From positions 1 through 7,164 of the forward strand of contig BAAFSQ010000416.1 of NCBI GenBank assembly GCA_054661495.1: a stretch of 7,164 nt of DNA, given 5' to 3'. Numbering within the stretch: the stretch's first letter is position 1; each line of letters begins with the position of its first letter. Below, piece by piece: positions 1-6,648 of this stretch. The notes beneath the pieces are model-generated. The model had not been told where the DNA came from, searched no databases, and worked only from the letters and a program-made list of their open reading frames with translations. Source of the DNA: Zygophlyctis sp. KS116 (lineage: Eukaryota; Fungi; Chytridiomycota). A program made the position numbers and the translations under genes.

Positions 1-620
1 TTATCTTTAAAATTAGACATCCAATTGTAATATCTTCTTCTTGAATTATCAAGAAGCCACTCAAATGATTTTTCCCTTTCAGAAAACAAAAAGTCACTTC
101 CGCTCGTATCCAGTAATGGTTTAGAAATATTTCCTACTTGTTTCTTGATTTTAGCGGCCAAATCATCCGACATCCATCTCTTTAATGGAGACGACACTAA
201 ATCAACTCCATGTCCACTACCAAGTATAAGATTTTTAGACTCTTTTAGACCTTTTAAACTGACAATGAGTGCGTCCGATAAACAAGTTCCAAGACTAGCC
301 AAATCTAAATTCTCCTTTAGCGGCTCTTCCCTGCCTTCGTCTGCCTCTCTCTTATCAAAAGCATCCTTGTTCTTAAAGACTGAGAGATTGACGGCATCAG
401 TCGAAGATAATTGATTCGGACATTTGGCTTTTACAGCATCACAAAAGTCTGCCAAATCAGCAAAAGGGGGCAATGCAACAGTTGGTTGATCAGTCTGGAT
501 CAGAAGCCTACCAGTACTATAACAATATAGCTGGAACCAAATGCGATGGTTTGCATCAGAATAGTGTCGCTGCTGATTACAGATTGACATTCTACAGAAC
601 TGAAATGTTTTTCGCAGCAT
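1..620 (-). CDS. Crinkler (CR)-like protein, tandem paralog B; only the N-terminal ~206 codons are in the window (3'-partial)
   Basis: 1-650 aligns to 2352-2998 (offset 2351, then 2348 after an in-frame 3-bp indel near 207-210). ATG is at 620-618 and the frame stays open to the window edge: MLRKTFQFCRMSICNQQRHYSDANHRIWFQLYCYSTGRLLIQTDQPTVALPPFADLADF...FEWLLDNSRRRYYNWMSNFKD. It is probably absent from the ORF track because no stop codon falls inside the window. Confidence 0.85.
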   Translation of the reverse strand, partial: MLRKTFQFCRMSICNQQRHYSDANHRIWFQLYCYSTGRLLIQTDQPTVALPPFADLADFCDAVKAKCPNQLSSTDAVNLSVFKNKDAFDKREADEGREEPLKENLDLASLGTCLSDALIVSLKGLKESKNLILGSGHGVDLVSSPLKRWMSDDLAAKIKKQVGNISKPLLDTSGSDFLFSEREKSFEWLLDNSRRRYYNWMSNFKD

Positions 621-650
621 CTCAGCCTTATCCTAGAAACAAGGCCGAAC
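1..650. repeat. Direct tandem duplication, copy B (partner 2352-2998); unit spacing about 2.35 kb
   Basis: Direct comparison: 262-475 is identical to 2610-2823, and 525-650 vs 2873-2998 has 4 mismatches. Similarity fades about 30-40 bp upstream of the ATG. Confidence 0.97.
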
Positions 651-775
651 TTCCCACTAACTGCGTGAAAAATGTGCATGCTGTCGGAGTATGCGGATCA
701 TCAGCGAATCGGCTCATTGAATTATATTATGATTGAATAATCCTTTAGAAAATAGACAATTTGACGAAAAGAAAT

Positions 776-2968
776 TTATTCATTTTTTAATCGTTGAAAG
801 TATGACTCTCCAAAGAATGCTAACAATTCTGAATTGGAGACAAGTACGGCCTTACTGGGAAGAGTTGACTTCTTGAAATTACCACCGCTGCGGCTAAACA
901 TTATGAAAACCATGTCTGGCAAATTCTTTGGGACAGCATCATTTATTTTCTGGTATTCCGTATTGAAGAATTTTAGATCAAACGGGGGGGTTTCATTCAT
1001 TTGTATCAGTTGCCGTCCGACAAACAAAATTCCTTTTAAAGATATATACTCTGACGTTTCGAGCCATGATAGAGTATCGACGCAATTCAAATAAAAGGTC
1101 CAAGAACTAGAAGGAAGTTTATCAGATATATTTCTGTTGTTTGAATGTTGGAAGTATTCAATTTCAATCTGTTTCAATGTCGGTATTTGTACTTTCATAT
1201 CTTCAGGGAGGTTATAAATGGCCCCCTTGAAAAATTCACGGATTGGAACTTGTTTATAATCGAGGAAGTTATACAGAGAAACACGAAATGCAATGTAGTT
1301 ACGATTAAAAACATCCCATTCCTGCCAGCCAATCTTCTCTCCGACCAATATATGATACCAGAACTTGTAATGACCATCAGTTATTCTTTGCAAATGACAC
1401 CACACAAACATAAATGGAATTTTCACCAAATACTTCCAGCTGATTCTTTTTAATTGGATCAGACCAGCCTCTTCAAGATCATAAAATGTAGTATCTCCGA
1501 ATACTTTCTGTTTTCCTTCAACAGAAAGAGATAGAAAGGAATACGCAATGGCATTTCCAAGCGCAGGATGGTTGACCTGATAAGCATCAGTGATCCTGGA
1601 ACGAACAGCCGATCCAACAGTAGCCCAGTAGTCTTCCGTATCTCCATTGTAATCTGGAGAAACTAAAACATCGTAAAGATACTCTAACAAGCGAGCATGG
1701 CCTCCAACATCTGAAACCATCTGTATAAATTTCGCATCGCCAGTTTCCAATTCTGGTATCTTTTGTTTCAGAATATTTTTACTGGCTTCCAAAGATAGTG
1801 GTATAAGTGGGAGCATACAAAAAGGTTGCTTAGAATTGCTGCAAAGCTTTTCCGTAGGTCCAATAGCGGTACCGGCAAGTACAGGAACAAATAACACCGA
1901 ACTAGTACATGAGAGTCTGCCAATAACTTTAAAGAGATCTTCAAATGCTTTAATATTATGTTCGTACACTTTGTTAGTTTCATCTATTCCTAGTACAAGG
2001 CACCGATACTCATCTCCACATACTTTACGAAAGGTGAAAGGCAAAATATTTTCTTTTTCGCTGAAAGCATCAAACTGAACCGCAACTGCGCGACCATTAT
2101 CGCGATCCGCTTGTTCAAGAATTCGAAGACTAATAGCTTTTTCAATTCCCATATAATCATCCTCATCAGTATATGGTGTTAGATTACCAAAGCTAATGTT
2201 GATAAACAACGCATCATTAAAGGCCGTTTTGAAATCGTCAAAGGAATCCGATTTCTGGACGTAATCCTTGAATGATACCGACAATTCTTGGAGAAATCGT
2301 GACTTTCCACTTCCCCGACCCCCATGAAGAACCGGAATAGCATGATCAGTTTTATCTTTAAAATTATACATCCAATTGTAATATCTCTTTCTTGTATTAA
2401 TTAGAAGCCACTCAAATGATTCTTCCCTGTCAGAAAACAAAAAGTCACTTCCGCTCGTATCCAGTAATGGTTTAGAAATATTTCCGCCTTGTTTCTTGAT
2501 TTTAGCGGCCAAATCATCCGACAGCCATTTCTTCAATGAAGACGACACTATATCAACCTGTCCACTACCAAGTATAAGATTTTTAGACTCTTTTTGACCT
2601 TTTAAACTAACAATGAGTGCGTCCGATAAACAAGTTCCAAGACTAGCCAAATCTAAATTCTCCTTTAGCGGCTCTTCCCTGCCTTCGTCTGCCTCTCTCT
2701 TATCAAAAGCATCCTTGTTCTTAAAGACTGAGAGATTGACGGCATCAGTCGAAGATAATTGATTCGGACATTTGGCTTTTACAGCATCACAAAAGTCTGC
2801 CAAATCAGCAAAAGGGGGCAATGAGATCTTTGAAGCTCTAGTCTGGTTGTAAGGCATTCCAGTATCATAGTCATATAGCTGGAACCAAATGCGATGGGTT
2901 GCATCAGAATATTGTCGCTGCTGATTACAGATTGACATTCTACAGAACTGAAACGTTTTTCGCAACAT
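776..2968 (-). CDS. Crinkler (CR)-like protein A, 730 aa: ubiquitin-like header + P-loop NTPase + probable (possibly inactive) REase-fold C-terminal domain
   Basis: The header IWFQL...ADLADFCDAVKAKCPNQLSSTDAVNLSVFKNKDAF...EPL matches the pattern I recognise from oomycete/chytrid CRN N-termini. Walker A GGRGSGKS is at 2323-2300, Walker B LVLGIDE at 1999-1979, followed by a GGHAR motif and a C-terminal WQEWDVF...IAFR...REFFKGA block typical of CR NTPase+REase proteins. The call rests on motif recognition, not a search. Confidence 0.8.
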   Translation of the reverse strand: MLRKTFQFCRMSICNQQRQYSDATHRIWFQLYDYDTGMPYNQTRASKISLPPFADLADFCDAVKAKCPNQLSSTDAVNLSVFKNKDAFDKREADEGREEPLKENLDLASLGTCLSDALIVSLKGQKESKNLILGSGQVDIVSSSLKKWLSDDLAAKIKKQGGNISKPLLDTSGSDFLFSDREESFEWLLINTRKRYYNWMYNFKDKTDHAIPVLHGGRGSGKSRFLQELSVSFKDYVQKSDSFDDFKTAFNDALFINISFGNLTPYTDEDDYMGIEKAISLRILEQADRDNGRAVAVQFDAFSEKENILPFTFRKVCGDEYRCLVLGIDETNKVYEHNIKAFEDLFKVIGRLSCTSSVLFVPVLAGTAIGPTEKLCSNSKQPFCMLPLIPLSLEASKNILKQKIPELETGDAKFIQMVSDVGGHARLLEYLYDVLVSPDYNGDTEDYWATVGSAVRSRITDAYQVNHPALGNAIAYSFLSLSVEGKQKVFGDTTFYDLEEAGLIQLKRISWKYLVKIPFMFVWCHLQRITDGHYKFWYHILVGEKIGWQEWDVFNRNYIAFRVSLYNFLDYKQVPIREFFKGAIYNLPEDMKVQIPTLKQIEIEYFQHSNNRNISDKLPSSSWTFYLNCVDTLSWLETSEYISLKGILFVGRQLIQMNETPPFDLKFFNTEYQKINDAVPKNLPDMVFIMFSRSGGNFKKSTLPSKAVLVSNSELLAFFGESYFQRLKNE

Positions 2969-2998
2969 CTCAGCCTTATCCTAGAAACAAGGCCGAAC
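2352..2998. repeat. Direct tandem duplication, copy A (partner 1-650)
   Basis: Same alignment as for 1-650. Confidence 0.97.
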
Positions 2999-3170
2999 GT
3001 CTAACTAAGGCCGTCGTGATTGGAATGAATGCACAAAATTTCATAATTTAGTATACATTGTGATAAGTATGCGATGCAATAGTCTCTATAGAAATCAAGT
3101 CTAAGAGCGGTTTAGAATCAATAGTCAAGGAATATTTCATTAGGGCAGAGTCAAGATTTAATCAAATTAA

Positions 3171-3980
3171 ATGTCATCTATTCTTCTTCCTCTAGCAACT
3201 ACAGCATATTCAAGCATTATTTCTCATATAAAATCTAAAAGAGTAGATAGTCTAGAGACTAATAAAGAGATAATTACAAATACAAATCAGGAATTTGGAT
3301 TTTTACAGAAACTTTCGCTTACGATTGCAACGTTGAAGGCGTATTCGAATCCTTGTCTTGTGGAGAAAGTAGATGCCAGGAATTTCAATTCTAGAGAAAA
3401 AATTTATCTCATTTGTCTAGTTATTGTCTTGCCAATTGATTTTATTAGAAAGTATGGATACAGAAAACTCTCTACAAAGGAAAAAAGAGGAATTATTTGC
3501 TATTGGAAGGATTTTGCTCTAAAGAATTTTGATGTAGAGATTGATGAGAATTTATCAAACTTGAAAAAGTATATTCAGGAATTTGAATCAGAGAATCAAG
3601 GATCTCATCCACACGCATGTCATTTAGTAAAACAGGCGGCTGAAATCTTTATAGATTCTCTACCAAGTGTTTTAAGAAATCATACTAGAGGTTTGGTTAG
3701 AAGAATGATTTTTTCTCTTTTAGAGGATGAAACTTGTCAAGTTTTGGGAATAATTCCCTCAAATTGGTTGTATAAAATACTTACAGATTGTATTTTACTT
3801 GGAACAGGAATGATTTCAGGATTTTTAGTTCCTCCTTCAAGATTAAAAGATTCAGAATCTACTCCAGTTCCTCTATTACTCTGTTCAAATCCTATAAATA
3901 CTCTTTTAAGTCAGAAAAAGCATGTTACGTTTCCAAGAATTAAAAGAATTCCAAGAAAAAGATCACTTCAGATTACCTAG
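3171..3980 (+). CDS. MpaB'/DUF2236 (rubber oxygenase Lcp-like) family-related protein, divergent and apparently internally shortened, 269 aa
   Basis: QEFGFLQKLSLTIATLKAYSNPCL resembles the family motif EFP...ALFRTYxIPSI. IYLICLVIVLPIDFIRKYGYRKLSTKEKRGIICYWKDFA...YIQEFE...IFSLLEDETCQVLGI resembles LYTLS.F..EP..WI.RYGWR.L...E..A...FW...YE...YSLLD.....A.G. Recognised from memory. Confidence 0.6.
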   Translation: MSSILLPLATTAYSSIISHIKSKRVDSLETNKEIITNTNQEFGFLQKLSLTIATLKAYSNPCLVEKVDARNFNSREKIYLICLVIVLPIDFIRKYGYRKLSTKEKRGIICYWKDFALKNFDVEIDENLSNLKKYIQEFESENQGSHPHACHLVKQAAEIFIDSLPSVLRNHTRGLVRRMIFSLLEDETCQVLGIIPSNWLYKILTDCILLGTGMISGFLVPPSRLKDSESTPVPLLLCSNPINTLLSQKKHVTFPRIKRIPRKRSLQIT

Positions 3981-3988
3981 TTTGCAGA

Positions 3989-4957
3989 TTAATAGTAAAT
4001 ACTTCTAGTTTTGTGGAAAGGAATATCTTTAAAAGCATGTCTGTCTCTTGTTATATAATCCCAAATGTAAAAGTCTATTAGAATCGCATTTATGTGGGTT
4101 TGAGATTTTTTTTCAATATATTCTTGTATCAAGTTTACAGCCCAGATTGAATTTCCTCTAATTTCCATTTCCAAGACTGAATTATGTTCAAGAATTGTAT
4201 TTTTTATAGTTTTAACAGCATTTTCCGAGTATTTTAGTAGATTTAGAGACACTAATGCTTGAGGGATTCTATAATCAGCAAAAATAGTAATAGAATCTAT
4301 ATCATCAAATCTTCCATATCCTTTCCCATCAAAAGCAGCCCATAAATCTGCAACCAATATTTGCGCTCTTTTTAGAAATTTGACTTGATTTCCTTTAAAA
4401 ATCCCTACATCATTCCAAAGATTATTAAAGTCACTAATTAAAATCTGAATCAACTTTTGACAAGAGAAATTAGCAAGTTTTAAAACATTAGTAACAGATC
4501 CCTCATATTTTTCCAATAGAATTTTTCCTGCTTCATTCATGACACTTGTTCTCTCTTTTAGCATGGGCATTTCTCTAGATCCATCCCCTTTGAAAATTAC
4601 ACGCATTTCTTCCAATGTTATACAAGAATATACTCTAGGATCAATGATACTGATAGACCTATTAATGAGAGCGCATAATGTCCAATATCCCTTGTATTCT
4701 TGAGAGTCATGAGTAACTTTAAAATCACTTGTATCCCAAAAAGAAAAGTTTAGTAAATCAACTAAAAATACCCAATTTACAGTCTCTTCATTCTTTGCCT
4801 TTGGATGTAGTTTATGGCTTGACCATGTATTAGTAGAATATTCCAATGAAATCATTTGTTCTAATATCCAATCTCCAGCAATAGGAATCTGTGTCTTATC
4901 AATTGAAACATCTAATGAGTTGTTGGAAATGAACTCTGCACTTTCAAGAACATTCAT
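3989..4957 (-). CDS. QNG1: Queuosine 5'-phosphate N-glycosylase/hydrolase (queuosine salvage protein, DUF2419/C9orf64 family), 322 aa
   Basis: Full-length, collinear family motifs: ESAEFI..NS.DV.ID, VNWVFLVDLLNFSFW, GYWTLCALINR, KRAQILVADLW, DIDSITIFADYRIPQ, EIRG, INAILIDFYIWDY and C-terminal IPFHKTRSIYY. Confidence 0.96.
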   Translation of the reverse strand: MNVLESAEFISNNSLDVSIDKTQIPIAGDWILEQMISLEYSTNTWSSHKLHPKAKNEETVNWVFLVDLLNFSFWDTSDFKVTHDSQEYKGYWTLCALINRSISIIDPRVYSCITLEEMRVIFKGDGSREMPMLKERTSVMNEAGKILLEKYEGSVTNVLKLANFSCQKLIQILISDFNNLWNDVGIFKGNQVKFLKRAQILVADLWAAFDGKGYGRFDDIDSITIFADYRIPQALVSLNLLKYSENAVKTIKNTILEHNSVLEMEIRGNSIWAVNLIQEYIEKKSQTHINAILIDFYIWDYITRDRHAFKDIPFHKTRSIYY

Positions 4958-5107
4958 GATACAATGTTAATTCCCCTGATCCGTGGCCCAGTTCCCAGTT
5001 CTCATTCTCCAGCCACACAGAGATGGTCTGATCATCAAATGAGTGCAATCAACTTTCTCTTTGGTTTTGAATCACTCAAACTGAAACATTTCATTATTTG
5101 TATCGTA

Positions 5108-5198
5108 CAGTATCCCCGAATGGAAAATGAAACACAATGCCGTTTCCAACACCGTTACCGTTTTGCCCCTGATGTTTGCCGTAATTGTTTCTAAAAAA
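5108..5198 (+). promoter_or_regulatory. Conserved ~90-bp upstream element of the secreted-family gene, copy 1 (putative promoter/5'UTR)
   Basis: TATCCCCG...ATGAAACACA.TGCCGTTTCCAACACCG...GCCCCTGATG.TTGCCG is shared with 6208-6298 and partly with 7091-7164. The regulatory role is inferred from position. Confidence 0.6.
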
Positions 5199-6044
5199 AT
5201 GAATCTCATTGCACTCTTGCTCTCTTTATCCTTGATTAATGCTTTGCCAACTGACTCAAATATTGAAAAAAGAGGATTAAATCTGAATATATTTTCAAAG
5301 TTGAAACCCGGTTTCAAACGTCCAGCACCAATTCATGAAGCAGAATCTCCAGCTATTCTGAGTCAAAAACAATTTAGCAGCGGTCAAGCAGGGTCCAGAG
5401 CACCCCCATCATCCCATGCAAACGATTTTAACAGGGAGCCATTTTCTCCCTCTACGCCTAATGATAGAGATACAATCTTATTACCAGATAATATAAGGCC
5501 GAGTACAAATAGAGATCTGTCTACAAGGCCTCGAGTTCAAACGAAAAAAGGCAATAAACCATCGTCATATAAGCCAAAACTCGGCACAATCCCAGAAGGA
5601 CCCTCTGCAGGTGCTGCGGATATGATTTCGGCATGGAAACAGTCTCAGAAAGAGTATTCAGATTACTTAAAGCAAGCTATCAGCTTGAGAGAAAAATCCA
5701 GGGGATCAAAATTAACCCCTGACTTTCTGAAGACTCACGATAAGACCTTACGTGAGCTAGCCAAAAAGCAGAAAACAGCCATGGATTCTCTTCATCCCAA
5801 AGCTCTGGCGGAGAAATATTTAGAGCAAGCAAAAAATATAGAGCTTAAAGCAGCGAATATTGAGAAGGAAGCCAACTTACGACTTCACCAAACGTTCCGT
5901 GAAACGACAGAACAGAAACCAATTTTTGCCGCTGTTAAAGCACGATATGAGCAAATACAGATTGCTGAAAGCCTTAAAAGCGAAGCAAAGGCCTTAGCTT
6001 TAAAGGCCACGATAGCAAAAGAGGCACTATTATACATGTCCTAA
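5199..6044 (+). CDS. Secreted hypothetical protein, 281 aa (family copy 1): signal peptide, short propeptide ending in a Kex2 KR site, Pro/Ser-rich disordered linker, Lys/Ala/Glu-rich helical or coiled-coil C-terminus
   Basis: N-terminus reads MNLIALLLSLSLINA-LPTDSNIEKR-GLNLNIFSK. I place the start at 5199 rather than the track's 5127 because it has an A-rich context (aaaaaaATG), gives a canonical signal peptide and matches the paralog's ATG at 6299, while the paralog's upstream ATG (6228) is out of frame. Confidence 0.8.
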   Translation: MNLIALLLSLSLINALPTDSNIEKRGLNLNIFSKLKPGFKRPAPIHEAESPAILSQKQFSSGQAGSRAPPSSHANDFNREPFSPSTPNDRDTILLPDNIRPSTNRDLSTRPRVQTKKGNKPSSYKPKLGTIPEGPSAGAADMISAWKQSQKEYSDYLKQAISLREKSRGSKLTPDFLKTHDKTLRELAKKQKTAMDSLHPKALAEKYLEQAKNIELKAANIEKEANLRLHQTFRETTEQKPIFAAVKARYEQIQIAESLKSEAKALALKATIAKEALLYMS

Positions 6045-6207
6045 GTTACATTAGGATTATATCCAGTTCATTTGCCATATGTAAATATCTTTTGTTGAAT
6101 GCTATTTACTCCACAATGTAATTGGAATAGATTTCTTGATTATAAACATACTATCTTTTAAAGTGACCTTCCATAAATTCTGGAAGATCATTCTTCTATG
6201 GTATTTT

Positions 6208-6298
6208 CAGTTATCCCCGCATTTGATATGAAACACACTGCCGTTTCCAACACCGCAACGGGTTTAGCCCCTGATGGTTGCCGCTATCTTAAACTTAA
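6208..6298 (+). promoter_or_regulatory. Conserved upstream element, copy 2
   Basis: Aligns with 5108-5198 and lies directly before ATG 6299. Confidence 0.6.
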
Positions 6299-6647
6299 AT
6301 GAATCTTATTGCTTTCCTTTTATCTTTATCCCTGATTTCTGCTTTGCAATCTGATTCCATGATTGATAAAAGAGGATTAAATCTAAATGTGTTTTCAAAG
6401 GTCAAGCGCCCTGCAACAAATCATAGAACTAATGCTCGAAATGTAAGGCAACCACACTATTCTACCAATGATGTGGCTAAAAAAAGCGTTCAAAATTGGG
6501 AAACTGCACAGAGAGTATTATGATGCACTTGAAGATCTTGCCCGTAAGAAGCAAATATACAACACTTATGGTACCCCTGTTGCATTAAAACAACTACAAG
6601 AGGCTGAGATAAGAGCAAGGGACCTTTACAGCATAATTATTACCTAA
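6299..6647 (+). pseudogene. Secreted-family copy 2, frameshifted near 6512 (or a short 74-aa gene, or a sequencing error)
   Basis: MNLIAFLLSLSLISALQSDSMIDKRGLNLNVFSK matches copy 1. The frame stops at 6521-6523, but adding 2 nt in the CAGAGAG run (6509-6515) gives WETAQREYYDALEDLARKKQ...IIIT* (TAA 6645-6647), which aligns with copy 1 WKQSQKEYSDYLKQ. Confidence 0.7.
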
Positions 6648-6648
6648 A

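Noticed and set aside
476-524. Diversity-generating retroelement TR/VR pair
   Set aside because: Mismatches against 2824-2872 involve all four bases rather than only adenines on one strand, both copies are coding, and no reverse transcriptase is present in the window.
145-736. Plus-strand ORFs 145-414 and 473-736
   Set aside because: They lie antisense to CRN paralog B and have no recognisable features.
834-2078. Short ORFs 834-1094, 1145-1453, 1195-1377, 1459-1647, 1768-1983, 1836-2078
   Set aside because: All are antisense or alternate-frame shadows inside the 730-aa gene.
620-3010. CRN unit as an active transposon
   Set aside because: I saw no terminal inverted repeats or target-site duplication, and no transposase motif; simple tandem duplication explains the pattern.
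776-4957. Functional cluster or prokaryotic defence operon linking the NTPase with QNG1
   Set aside because: Gene orientations alternate, QNG1 closely follows the eukaryotic form I recall, and nothing beyond adjacency links the genes.
5127-5198. Track start at 5127 for the secreted protein
   Set aside because: The equivalent ATG in the paralog is out of frame, and 5199 gives a canonical signal peptide.
4964-5317. ORFs 4964-5194 (+) and 5072-5317 (-)
   Set aside because: They span the divergent spacer or run antisense to the signal-peptide region, with no motif support.
5274-5324. Kex2-excised short cationic peptide GLNLNIFSKLKPGF between two KR sites (GLNLNVFSKV in copy 2)
   Set aside because: The second KR is followed by Pro in both copies, which normally blocks Kex2 cleavage, and there is no repeated-peptide architecture.
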